A stretch of DNA of 64,000 nt from Gammaproteobacteria bacterium (lineage in GTDB: Bacteria; Pseudomonadota; Gammaproteobacteria; Eutrophobiales; Eutrophobiaceae): positions 736,001-800,000 of the forward strand of contig OZ220696.1 of NCBI GenBank assembly GCA_965116495.1. The letters are read 5' to 3'. A program made the position numbers and the translations under genes. The notes under the pieces are model-generated. The model was not told where the DNA came from and made no database searches. It saw only the letters and a program-made list of their open reading frames with translations. Numbering within the stretch: the stretch's first letter is position 1; every line of letters begins with the position of its first letter. Of the stretch, positions 8,039-17,496 are shown in pieces.

Positions 8039-10791
8039 GACTTTCCGGTTGCTATGAGCGCCGACACCTGTTCCGGGGTCAGGGGCAGACGCTGCACATC
8101 CACGTCCAAGGCATCCGCCAGTGCGTTGGCAAGGGCGCCCGTGGGAGGCGCAATGGGAGGTTCGCCAACGCCTTTGACTCCGATCGGACCCTCAGTCGCG
8201 GGTTGCTCCACCAGTATGGTCTGCATCGGCGGCATGTCTTCAGCGGTCAGCAGCAGGTAGTCGGCGAAGGTCGGGTTCAGGACCTTTCCATTGACTTCAC
8301 GCAACTCTTCCATCATGGCCAGGCCGAGACCCATGGCAACACCGCCTTCGACCTGTCCTTCACAGCCCGTGGGGTTGACCGCTTTGCCGACGTCATGGGC
8401 TGCAGCATAACGCGTCACGGTAAGTTCACCGGTCGTGTCATCCACGTTCAATTCCAGCGCGTGGGCGCAGAAACTCGGTGCCGGGAAACCGCCGATGGGA
8501 TGCGGCCTCGTTGTTGGCGGCGCATCGTCCAGGACGGACGAGACACCAATCATCGGCCCGCCGTGTTTCTTGTGCCGGTCGTAACAGATACTGGATAACG
8601 CTACCGAGTTTGTCCGGTCACCACGGACGAAGACCTGTCCGTCCTCGAGCACCATATCGTCCACCGAAGCCTCAAGCCGCATTGCAGCTTCTTCCAGCAA
8701 TTGCCGCTTCAGGTCCTGCGCTGCCTCCTGGGCCGAACGCCCGATGGTGAACGTCATGCGGCTGCCGCCATGACCATGGTCCCAGGGCAGGGTGTCGGTA
8801 TCCCCGCGCACCAGCTGGATCGATTCGACCGGAACGCCAAGGCCTGCTGCCGCCATCTGCAGCACACTTGAAGTTAATCCGCCGGTGCCCATATCGACAC
8901 AGCCGGAAATGAGCCGGAAGGTGGCGTCTTCATTGGTTTCGATCAGTGTCTGGGTGCCCCAGGTGCCGCTCACCCACCAGTTACAGGCCAGGCCCTTGCC
9001 GGTGCCTGCAGGGCGTGGTTTATCCCATTCCACCGCGTCTGCCGCTTTTTGCAGGCATTCCTTGATGCTGACCGCGTCCAGCGGTTGTCCGGTAATGGTC
9101 GTATCGCCGTTTTCCCATGCATTCTTCAGGCGGAACGCCAGGCCGTCCATGCCGACTGCGCGCGCGACCTTGTCCATGTGGGTCTCCACTGCAAACGCCA
9201 TCTGCGGTCCCGACGGGCAACGGATGGAGCCGTTGGGTACGTTATTGGTATAGGTGACCAGGCCGGTAATGTCCAGGTTGGGGATACGGTAGGGGCCGCC
9301 GGCCATCAGGCTTCCCAGGGCTGCCGTGTTGGGTCCGTACGGCCCGTAAGCGCCGGTGTTGAACAGCATCCGCACCTGCTGGGCGACCAGGGTGCCGTCT
9401 TCCTTGACGCCGGTCCTGATGTTAACCTTTGACGGGTGGCGCAACAGTTCTGCCGATGCCATCTCTTCTTCCCGGGTCAGGGTCATCTGCACCGGCAGCC
9501 CAGATCGTTCGGCCAGCAACACCGCGTAGGGCTCAAGAACGGGATACAACTTGCCGCCGAAACCGCCGCCTATATGGGTGGGTACAACCTTGAAAGTGCT
9601 GATGGGCCGTTTCAGCGCCTTGGACAGGTAACTGCGCACGCCGAAGGGTTTTTGTGTCGTGGTCCATACCGTTATGCGGCCCGAGGTATCGGTCATGGCC
9701 GTTGCACTGTGCGGCTCGATAGCGCCGGCATGGGCTTCCGGCGTGCGGTAGGTTCCTTCAACTACCCGGTGCGCTTCTGAAAATCCCCGTTCCGCGTCAC
9801 CCACTGCGAATTCGAGTTTGTAGCACAGGTTACCCGTGCGTTCCGATTCCCAGTCCAACCGGTAAGCGTTCGGATCGTCATGTACCAGCGGGGCGCCCGG
9901 CAGGAGGGCCTGCTCGGGATCGAAGATCCCCGGCAGTTCCTCGTACTCGACCTTCACCAGCGAAGCCGCTTCCCGGGCGATATCGGGGGTCACGGCCGCG
10001 ACTGCGGCAACAGGCTCTCCCAGGTAGCGTACTTTGTCCAGGGCGAACACCCGGTGGTCGTGCAGTTCATAACCGTAGTAACCCATCTCAACGTCACTCC
10101 CCGTAACCACCGCCCTGACCCCGGGCAGGCTCATCGCCTCGGATGTGTCGATAGACAGGATCTTCGCGTGTGCCTGCGTGCTGCGCACCAGCGCGCCATG
10201 GATCATGCGCGGCAACCGTATGTCTTCGGCGTAGATGGCGTACCCGGTTACTTTTTCCACGGCATCCGTGCGCACCATGCGCGCGCCGATCGAGTCGTCT
10301 CCGGTGTCAGCGATCTGCGCATGGATGCTCCCGTTGCCCAACGTTGCTGCGGCATCAAATATCTTGCTGTAGCCGGTGCATCGGCACAGGTTGCTGGAGA
10401 TGGCGACTCGCACTGCCTCCTCGTCCGGATGGGGGTTCTGGTCAAACAGGCTTTTCAGTGACAGCACCATGCCCGGGGTACAAAATCCACACTGGATGCC
10501 GCCGCTCCGGACCATGGCCTGTTGCACCGGGTCCAGCACCCCCGGCTTGCCCAGCCCCTCGATGGTGGTCACTTCCCGTCCTTCGGTCTGTAACGCTAGC
10601 AGCATGCACGAGTTGACGGCTTTTCCGTCCAGGAGCACCGTGCAACTGCCGCAATCCCCGGTACCGCAGCCTTCTTTCGTGCCGGTCAGACCCAGATCAA
10701 CGCGCAGGGCATCGAGCAGGCGGGTGCGCGGGGTGATATCAATCGTTTCCTGCCGGTCGTTGACGGTAAAATTTAATGTCTGTTTTTTCAT
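8035..10791 (-). CDS. Xanthine dehydrogenase-family molybdoenzyme, fused 2x[2Fe-2S] and molybdopterin subunit
   Basis: GCGTGDCGSC and QCGFCTPG...CRC FeS motifs; GGGFGGK, QVEGG, KGVGEPP Moco motifs. Confidence 0.9.
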   Translation of the reverse strand: MKKQTLNFTVNDRQETIDITPRTRLLDALRVDLGLTGTKEGCGTGDCGSCTVLLDGKAVNSCMLLALQTEGREVTTIEGLGKPGVLDPVQQAMVRSGGIQCGFCTPGMVLSLKSLFDQNPHPDEEAVRVAISSNLCRCTGYSKIFDAAATLGNGSIHAQIADTGDDSIGARMVRTDAVEKVTGYAIYAEDIRLPRMIHGALVRSTQAHAKILSIDTSEAMSLPGVRAVVTGSDVEMGYYGYELHDHRVFALDKVRYLGEPVAAVAAVTPDIAREAASLVKVEYEELPGIFDPEQALLPGAPLVHDDPNAYRLDWESERTGNLCYKLEFAVGDAERGFSEAHRVVEGTYRTPEAHAGAIEPHSATAMTDTSGRITVWTTTQKPFGVRSYLSKALKRPISTFKVVPTHIGGGFGGKLYPVLEPYAVLLAERSGLPVQMTLTREEEMASAELLRHPSKVNIRTGVKEDGTLVAQQVRMLFNTGAYGPYGPNTAALGSLMAGGPYRIPNLDITGLVTYTNNVPNGSIRCPSGPQMAFAVETHMDKVARAVGMDGLAFRLKNAWENGDTTITGQPLDAVSIKECLQKAADAVEWDKPRPAGTGKGLACNWWVSGTWGTQTLIETNEDATFRLISGCVDMGTGGLTSSVLQMAAAGLGVPVESIQLVRGDTDTLPWDHGHGGSRMTFTIGRSAQEAAQDLKRQLLEEAAMRLEASVDDMVLEDGQVFVRGDRTNSVALSSICYDRHKKHGGPMIGVSSVLDDAPPTTRPHPIGGFPAPSFCAHALELNVDDTTGELTVTRYAAAHDVGKAVNPTGCEGQVEGGVAMGLGLAMMEELREVNGKVLNPTFADYLLLTAEDMPPMQTILVEQPATEGPIGVKGVGEPPIAPPTGALANALADALDVDVQRLPLTPEQVSALIATGKS

Positions 10792-10862
10792 TTCCCGGAT
10801 TATCCGTTAAGTCATCAGCCCTGTTATGGACGCTACCGTTATATGACCGAGCAGGTTTGCAG

Positions 10863-11750
10863 TCAAGGCAGAAACGCGCGTACGGCATCCAGCACCAGGG
10901 GCCAGGTGGAAGTACCCGGGGTGATCATCTCGAAGTGTCCGGATTCGGGCGCCATCACGCGTGTTATTTCAGTATCACCGATGGACCTCGCGGCCGTCGC
11001 GTACGCCTCGCCGAAAGGCGTCCATACCGTATCATGCACCCCCATCAACAGGATCTGGGAGACGCCGATGGGCGCCATGCGCGCTGGCTCGACATAGGCA
11101 TAGCGGTCGGGACGCTCTGCCGGCGACCCGTCCATGAGTCTGTCGATCACGTTATCGCAGCTCCCCTGCTGGTGAAGTTGCGTGAGAGCTGCAGCCGGCG
11201 CCAGCGCCACGACCCCGGCCAGGGGCAGCGGATCAGGTTGGTGGAGATCATGGTCTGCGGGTATCTTCGAACGGGCGCCCGTCCAGAGCGCCAGGTGCCC
11301 ACCGGCTGAATGACCCATTACGATGACCCGGTCCAGGTCCAGGGGATAATCTGCTGCCAGGTTTCTCACATAATCGGTGCCCGAAGCGATATCGAGCAGG
11401 GTGCCGGGATAAGACCCTCCCGGATCGCCGACCCGGCGGTATTCAAGGTTCCATACCGCCAGGCCTTGCTCCTGCAGCGCCCGGGCTAGGGGGCGGGTCG
11501 TGGTGATATCGTACTCGGCCAGCCAGCAACCGCCGTGAATGAAGACGACGACCGGGAAAGGCCCCTCACCTTCAGGCACGCGCAGTTCGCCGAATTGCAG
11601 GGGGTCGCTGCCATAGGCAATCTTTATCCCCGGCTGACCGGATGACAGTTCCGCCAGCAGGTCGTCCACCGTCATTATGTCCGGTTCTGCACCAAGCAGT
11701 CCCGAGAACAGCCACAGGCTCAACGCGCCGATTATGTATTTCTTGTTCAT
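10863..11750 (-). CDS. Secreted alpha/beta hydrolase (HSL-like esterase)
   Basis: Signal peptide, HGGCW, GHSAGG nucleophile, C-terminal GHF; start at MNKKY after GGAG. Confidence 0.85.
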   Translation of the reverse strand: MNKKYIIGALSLWLFSGLLGAEPDIMTVDDLLAELSSGQPGIKIAYGSDPLQFGELRVPEGEGPFPVVVFIHGGCWLAEYDITTTRPLARALQEQGLAVWNLEYRRVGDPGGSYPGTLLDIASGTDYVRNLAADYPLDLDRVIVMGHSAGGHLALWTGARSKIPADHDLHQPDPLPLAGVVALAPAAALTQLHQQGSCDNVIDRLMDGSPAERPDRYAYVEPARMAPIGVSQILLMGVHDTVWTPFGEAYATAARSIGDTEITRVMAPESGHFEMITPGTSTWPLVLDAVRAFLP

Positions 11751-11885
11751 TTCTTGCTCCCCTTGAATTTCACGCTGTGATAGAACATGCCATGTTGCCG
11801 GTTGAACGGCCATGTGCCGACACACTATGTTTTATTCCTTCCATCATATATCATTCGACCTGATATTGTCTTGAAAGTGGAGAAT

Positions 11886-13091
11886 ATGCCGACACAAACC
11901 GTTGCTGCAAATGAGACTCTGACCGCTGAACAAATCAAGGTGCGGGCAGAGTCGATCAGAGAGGACCTGAAAAAGTATGCGGACCAGGCCGAAGCTGACC
12001 GGCGCCTGTGCAGGGAGAGTGTGGAACTGATCAGAACCAACGGACTGTTGCGCACCGTCCAACCAGGATCCTGCGGGGGTCACGAATTACCTTTCCGTTC
12101 CTATATCGACGTGTTGGCGGCAGTGGGTGAGGGGTGCGGTGCAACGGCCTGGGTGCTGGGGGTATGGCATGCACATAGCTGGCTTATGGGCCATTTCCCC
12201 GAACAGGCACAACAGGACGTTTACGGAGACAATCCCGATACGTTTGTTTCAGCCGTCATCGGGCCCCGCGGCAGGGCGGTGAAACAAGGTGATGGTTCCT
12301 ATGTGCTGAACGGATTCTGGCCATTCGGCTCGGGTTGCGAGCATTCACAGTGGCTGATCCTGGGAGCGGAAATATTTGACGGCTCCGGCGAGAAGATTGA
12401 TGAAGCCGACCTGTTGATGCCGACCGGCGACATCGACATCCAGGATGACTGGTATGTCGCAGGGTTGCAGGGAACCGGCAGTAATTCCCTGGTTGCCAGG
12501 GATGTTAAAGTCCCGGGACATCGTTATCTTTCCTTGCCGCAATTGATTGAACGGGAAGCGCCGGCTTACAAGGCCGAGGACACCGGCTGGGTCACCTTGT
12601 CGCAGGCCGTACCGGTACTGGCTATTTGCCTTGTGGGCGGCGCCCTCGGGGTTGCACGGGCCGCGCTGAAGGAGTTCAGAAAAACCGTACCCGGGAAAAG
12701 GGTGGCGTATACGGCCCATATCGCCGATGATTGGATCCCCGTACAAGTCGCGCTGGGTTCGGCCGCGGCAGAAATACATGCGGCTGAGCTGGTCATGTAC
12801 AAAATGGCCGATGACATTGATCACTATGCAAAGCTGAACGAGGCGATGCCCATGGAGATGCGCGGACGCATCCGCACGGATTGTTGCCTGTCGGTAAAGA
12901 TGCTGCTCGATGCGGTGGACAAGTTGTACCTGTACGCAGGGGCATCCGCGCTTTCAGTCAAAAGCACATTGCAAAGAGCCTCGCGGGATTTGCATGCAAC
13001 CAATATGCACGCCCTGCTGATGTACGATGCCAGCGCCGAGATTTATGGGCGAATACTGTTGGGCAAAGACTCAAACTCACCGATAATATAA
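11886..13091 (+). CDS. Flavin-dependent monooxygenase, acyl-CoA dehydrogenase fold (HsaA/HpaH-C2-like)
   Basis: WPFGSGCEHSQW, DDWYVAGLQGTGS, RDLHATNMH; RBS GGAGA. Confidence 0.85.
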   Translation: MPTQTVAANETLTAEQIKVRAESIREDLKKYADQAEADRRLCRESVELIRTNGLLRTVQPGSCGGHELPFRSYIDVLAAVGEGCGATAWVLGVWHAHSWLMGHFPEQAQQDVYGDNPDTFVSAVIGPRGRAVKQGDGSYVLNGFWPFGSGCEHSQWLILGAEIFDGSGEKIDEADLLMPTGDIDIQDDWYVAGLQGTGSNSLVARDVKVPGHRYLSLPQLIEREAPAYKAEDTGWVTLSQAVPVLAICLVGGALGVARAALKEFRKTVPGKRVAYTAHIADDWIPVQVALGSAAAEIHAAELVMYKMADDIDHYAKLNEAMPMEMRGRIRTDCCLSVKMLLDAVDKLYLYAGASALSVKSTLQRASRDLHATNMHALLMYDASAEIYGRILLGKDSNSPII

Positions 13092-13110
13092 CTGACCGCC
13101 AGGAGACAGA

Positions 13111-13917
13111 ATGCTGAAACTCTACCATAACGATATGTCAACCTGTTCCCAGAAGGTGCGTTTCCTGCTGGCAGAAAAAGGAGTCGAATGGGAAGGCGTG
13201 GAACTTGACCTGCGGCGCGGGGATCAGTTACAGCCCGAATTCCTCAAATTCAACCCGAAAGGACTGGTGCCGGTGTTGATCCATGACGGGCATATCGTGA
13301 CTGAATCAAACATAATCCTTGAATATCTCAACGATGTATATACCGACCCACTGTTGCTGCCGGCAGATCCGGCCGGTCGCGCCAAAACCCGCTGGTGGAT
13401 GAAAAAACTTGACGACGGCATTCACCTGGAAGTGGTCGTACTGAGTTTTGCCGTTGCCTTTCGTCACCAGTTAATCAAGGCCTGCGGATCAGATGAAGCA
13501 CTGGAAAAACACTTTGCAGGTATCCGCGACCCGTATATCCAGGAGGTACAGCGCCAGGTGGTGCCGGAAGGAACAGAGGCGCCGCGCTTTGCACAATCCA
13601 TCCGGCAATTCGAGAAGTTGCTGTCCGATATGAATGAAGCGCTGGGGGCGCACCCGTGGCTGGTCGGGGATAGCCTGACATTGGCCGATATAGCTTATTC
13701 CCCTTACGCTACCCGCCTGGACCATTTAGGCCTCCACGGGATGTGGGATGATAAGCCCCATTTTGCCCGCTGGTATGAGCGGCTGGCGCAGACCAGGGGC
13801 TACCGGGAAGGTCTGACTGACTGGTTTAGCCAAAAATACCTGCCGTTGATGGAGCAGGCCGGCGCGCAGGCGTGGCCGCGAGTAGCTGAGATCAGAGGTG
13901 GGATACGTGATGCCTGA
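13111..13917 (+). CDS. Glutathione S-transferase family protein
   Basis: STCSQKVR, NPKGLVPVL, ESNIILEYL, TLADIA motifs. Confidence 0.9.
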   Translation: MLKLYHNDMSTCSQKVRFLLAEKGVEWEGVELDLRRGDQLQPEFLKFNPKGLVPVLIHDGHIVTESNIILEYLNDVYTDPLLLPADPAGRAKTRWWMKKLDDGIHLEVVVLSFAVAFRHQLIKACGSDEALEKHFAGIRDPYIQEVQRQVVPEGTEAPRFAQSIRQFEKLLSDMNEALGAHPWLVGDSLTLADIAYSPYATRLDHLGLHGMWDDKPHFARWYERLAQTRGYREGLTDWFSQKYLPLMEQAGAQAWPRVAEIRGGIRDA

Positions 13918-13968
13918 AACAATCCGGTCAGAAACGCTATTATTACTTACAGTGGAGAGCGATTAACT

Positions 13969-15081
13969 ATTAATACCCTGAACACAGTTTCCCCGAACGG
14001 CCCGCGGGCCGTGCTTGTCCATATCAATTTTCAAAACCCGCGTTACAATGAAGAACTGCATGAATTTGTGCGGCTCACCGTATCGTCCGGCCTGGTTCCT
14101 GCAGAGACCATCACCGGCAGCCGGGCAAAACCCCATGCCAAATTATTCATCGGTTCAGGCAAAATGGAGGAAATCAGGCAATCTGCCCGGGACCACGATG
14201 CGGATGTTGTGATCTTCAACCATGGCCTGTCGCCGGCGCAGGAGCGCAACCTGGAGCGGGAAATAAACTGCCGGGTTGTTGACCGGGTCGGATTGATTCT
14301 CGATATTTTCTCCCAGCGGGCCAGGACCTACGAGGGCAAGCTGCAGGTTGAATTGGCGCAGTTGCAACATTTGTCCACGCGGCTGGTTCGGGGCTGGTCG
14401 CACCTGGAAAGACAAAAAGGCGGTATTGGCCTCAGGGGTCCCGGCGAAACGCAGTTGGAGACTGACAGGCGTTTGATCGGTAAACGGATTAAAACAATTC
14501 GCGGCCGTCTCGAGAAAGTGAAAAGCCGTAGAGAGCAGGGCAGGAGATTACGCCGGCGTAATAACGCAGCTGTCATCTCGCTGGTAGGGTATACCAACGC
14601 AGGCAAGTCCACCTTGTTTAATCGTTTGACCGGCGCCGACGTATATTGCGCCGACAAATTGTTCGCCACCCTGGACCCGACTATCCGCAAAGCCCGTCTG
14701 GCTGATGATTTATCGGTGCTTTTCAGCGACACGGTCGGTTTTATCCGGCATATCCCCCACGACCTGGTAGAGTCTTTCCATGCTACCCTGGATGAAATCA
14801 GAAGCGCTGATTTATTATTGCACGTCGTTGACATCAATGATGACCAGCAGATGCGCATCGAGGAAGTGAACAAGGTGATAGACGAGTTGGGGGCCACGGC
14901 TATTCCACAGATCCTTGTCTTCAATAAAATCGACCAGGCCGGGATTGCCCCGGGGAATGGTGATCTGCGGACGACCGCGAGCAGTAGAATCAATGGCGCC
15001 AGTGCACGCGCCTGGGTTTCAGCCCGGACCGGAGACGGACTGGTGGAGTTGAAGCAACTAATATGCAGGGAACTCGGGTGA
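13969..15081 (+). CDS. hflX: GTPase HflX (start uncertain: ATT 13969, CTG 13978 or GTG 14011)
   Basis: RGPGETQLETDRR, GYTNAGKST, LFATLDPT, DTVGF, NKID; upstream of hflKC. Confidence 0.93.
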   Translation: MNTLNTVSPNGPRAVLVHINFQNPRYNEELHEFVRLTVSSGLVPAETITGSRAKPHAKLFIGSGKMEEIRQSARDHDADVVIFNHGLSPAQERNLEREINCRVVDRVGLILDIFSQRARTYEGKLQVELAQLQHLSTRLVRGWSHLERQKGGIGLRGPGETQLETDRRLIGKRIKTIRGRLEKVKSRREQGRRLRRRNNAAVISLVGYTNAGKSTLFNRLTGADVYCADKLFATLDPTIRKARLADDLSVLFSDTVGFIRHIPHDLVESFHATLDEIRSADLLLHVVDINDDQQMRIEEVNKVIDELGATAIPQILVFNKIDQAGIAPGNGDLRTTASSRINGASARAWVSARTGDGLVELKQLICRELG

Positions 15082-15177
15082 CCCGGCTTGACCCTTTTTC
15101 CATACGGGCGCAGCGACATTGTGATAAACTTCTCGACAGGTGTGGTTAACTGGAAATGAATATACGAGGTGAAGTAA

Positions 15178-16320
15178 ATGGGTTGGAATGAACCGCCGGA
15201 AAATAAAGGTCAGGACCCCTGGGGCAACCGGGGCAGGGGAGAAGGTCCGCCTGACCTGGATGACATCGTTCGTAAGATGCAGGAGGGCTTTGGCGGGATA
15301 TTCGGCAAAAAGCCGTCAGGCCCCAAAAAAGAACGCAAGGGGTTTCCTTTCTCATGGCTTGTCGTAGTCATAGTCCTGGTCATGTTGCTGCTGGTAGACA
15401 TCACCTACCTCATCGATCAACAGGAACGGGGTGTCGTCATGCGCTTCGGGCGCTACGAGAGGATCCTGCAGCCGGGTCTGAATTTTGTCTATCCCAGCCT
15501 TATCGACAAGGTGGTAACCGTTAACGTCGGCCAGGTACGTTCCATTACCCACAAGGCATCCATGTTGACCCAGGATGAAAATATTGTTGACGTTGAAGTT
15601 GCGGTACAGTGGCGGATTAACGATCCGGCTGATTTTATCTTCAACGTGAAAGATCCGGCGTTGACACTGAGACAGGTAACGGAAAGCGCCGTGCGCGCGA
15701 TTATAGGGCAGAGTGAGCTGGATTATGTCCTCACTGAAGGTCGTAGTGAGATCGCGCATCAACAACAGGAGTTGATGCAGGAAATACTGATCGACGATTA
15801 CCGCTCGGGTATCTTTATCGTCACCATTGAAATGCAGCCGGCAAAACCGCCCGAGGACGTCAAGGCCGCGTTTGATGACGCCATCAAGGCCAGGGAGGAT
15901 GAGCAACGCGTGGTCAACGAGGCGGAGGCCTACCGGAATGACATCCTGCCGCGCGCCCGCGGCGGCGCCGCACGGGTCAGGGAAGAGGCTAATGCTTATA
16001 AAGCTTCAGTCATAGCAAAATCAGAGGGCGATGCAGCGCGCTTTAATCAATTACTGGCGGAATATGAACGCGCGCCGGAAATCACCCGTAAACGCCTGTA
16101 CCTGGAATCCATAGAATCAGTCCTGTCCGGAACCAATAAAGTGTTGCTCGACGCAGAGGGCGGCAATAACCTGATGTACCTGCCATTGGACAGGTTGATG
16201 AGATCCCGAAACACATCGTCAGGGGATTTGTCCCGGGATTTGAACTCTGATACGTCCGGTTCCCAGTCCGTAAATGACATGTCTGAGCGGTTGGTTAACA
16301 GAACACGAGGTAATAGATAA
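15178..16320 (+). CDS. hflK: FtsH protease modulator HflK
   Basis: MGWNEP...DPWG...GPPDLD N-terminus, SPFH domain. Confidence 0.95.
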   Translation: MGWNEPPENKGQDPWGNRGRGEGPPDLDDIVRKMQEGFGGIFGKKPSGPKKERKGFPFSWLVVVIVLVMLLLVDITYLIDQQERGVVMRFGRYERILQPGLNFVYPSLIDKVVTVNVGQVRSITHKASMLTQDENIVDVEVAVQWRINDPADFIFNVKDPALTLRQVTESAVRAIIGQSELDYVLTEGRSEIAHQQQELMQEILIDDYRSGIFIVTIEMQPAKPPEDVKAAFDDAIKAREDEQRVVNEAEAYRNDILPRARGGAARVREEANAYKASVIAKSEGDAARFNQLLAEYERAPEITRKRLYLESIESVLSGTNKVLLDAEGGNNLMYLPLDRLMRSRNTSSGDLSRDLNSDTSGSQSVNDMSERLVNRTRGNR

Positions 16321-16322
16321 TC

Positions 16323-17186
16323 ATGATGCTACGTATTTTAATATTGATCGCACTGGTCTCGGTCCTTGCTTATTTTTCACTGTTCCGGGTGCAGGAATAC
16401 GAGCAGGCCATTGTTTTCCAGTTCAAGGAGATCCAGCGCTCCGATTACGAACCCGGCTTGCATTTCATGATCCCGATCATCAATACCGCCCAGAAGTTTG
16501 AAACGCGGTTGTTGAACCTGGACCAGGAACCGCAGCGGTTTTTAACCGTGGAAAAAAAGGATGTGATAGTCGATTATTACGCAAAATGGATTATATCCGA
16601 CGTTGAAAGGTTTTACATAGCAACGCGGGGAGGCGACGTACAGTATGCTACGGGGTTGCTCGGGCAGAGAATCAATCGCGCCCTGCGTGATGAATTCGGC
16701 AAACGCACGGTCCAGGAGGTGGTTGCCGGTGAACGCGGTGAAATCCTTGATGTTGTCCAGACAACAACCGAACAGCTACGTGATGAGCTGGGGATAACCG
16801 TAGTTGATGTCAGGACCAAGCGTATTGACCTGCCGGAGGAGGTCAGTAACTCCGTCTATGCCAGGATGCGGGCCGAGAGGACCCGGGTGGCCAAGGATTT
16901 CCGCGCGCGGGGCGGGGAAGCGGCGGAACGAATCATGGCAAACGCGGACCGGGAACGTGAAATCATCCTTGCCAATGCGTACAAGGATGCGGAAACCGTG
17001 CGCGGCGAGGGCGATGCCCGTGCTACCGAGATCTACGCCAGTTCGTATGGCAGGGATCAGGAATTCTATACGCTTTATCGCAGCCTCAATGCCTACAAGA
17101 CCAGCTTCAGCAGCAATAACGATGTGCTGTTGCTTGAGCCTGATTCCGACTTTTTTAAATATTTCAATAACCCCCTGGGTGAATAA
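16323..17186 (+). CDS. hflC: FtsH protease modulator HflC
   Basis: SPFH domain, KRIDLP, RMRAER; follows hflK. Confidence 0.95.
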   Translation: MMLRILILIALVSVLAYFSLFRVQEYEQAIVFQFKEIQRSDYEPGLHFMIPIINTAQKFETRLLNLDQEPQRFLTVEKKDVIVDYYAKWIISDVERFYIATRGGDVQYATGLLGQRINRALRDEFGKRTVQEVVAGERGEILDVVQTTTEQLRDELGITVVDVRTKRIDLPEEVSNSVYARMRAERTRVAKDFRARGGEAAERIMANADREREIILANAYKDAETVRGEGDARATEIYASSYGRDQEFYTLYRSLNAYKTSFSSNNDVLLLEPDSDFFKYFNNPLGE

Positions 17187-17273
17187 CAGCTAGTGCCAGT
17201 GACGGTTTTGCCGGCTGTATGACATGGAAGGCTGCCGCTGAGGCCCTGTGCCATTTAACTTCTTGTACCGGTC

Positions 17274-17459
17274 ATGTGGACGGAATTACTGAGTGCCATT
17301 GCTCTTGTCTTCATCCTGGAAGGCATTGTGCCGTTCATGAACCCCGACTGGATTAAACGGGTGTTTCTCGCCGCATCACAGATGGATAATACCAGGTTGC
17401 GGTTTATCGGTGTCAGCAGCATGTTATTCGGTGTGGTCATGTTATATGTCGTGCGCTGA
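17274..17459 (+). CDS. DUF2065 (YjeT) small membrane protein
   Basis: ALVFILEGIVPF...LRFIG; conserved position after hflC. Confidence 0.9.
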   Translation: MWTELLSAIALVFILEGIVPFMNPDWIKRVFLAASQMDNTRLRFIGVSSMLFGVVMLYVVR

Positions 17460-17496
17460 CCTGGCATGTATCTATGCACAGATGAGATAACAGGGT

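Noticed and set aside
7187-8260. Long antisense ORFs (also 20728-21786, 14328-15119, 30656-31450, 31649-32443)
   Set aside because: Shadow ORFs opposite well-supported genes in GC-rich sequence.
8035-10791. Aerobic CO dehydrogenase call, and novelty of the FeS-Mo fusion
   Set aside because: Lacks the full AYRCSFR motif and cox accessory genes; such fusions are known from aldehyde oxidoreductases.
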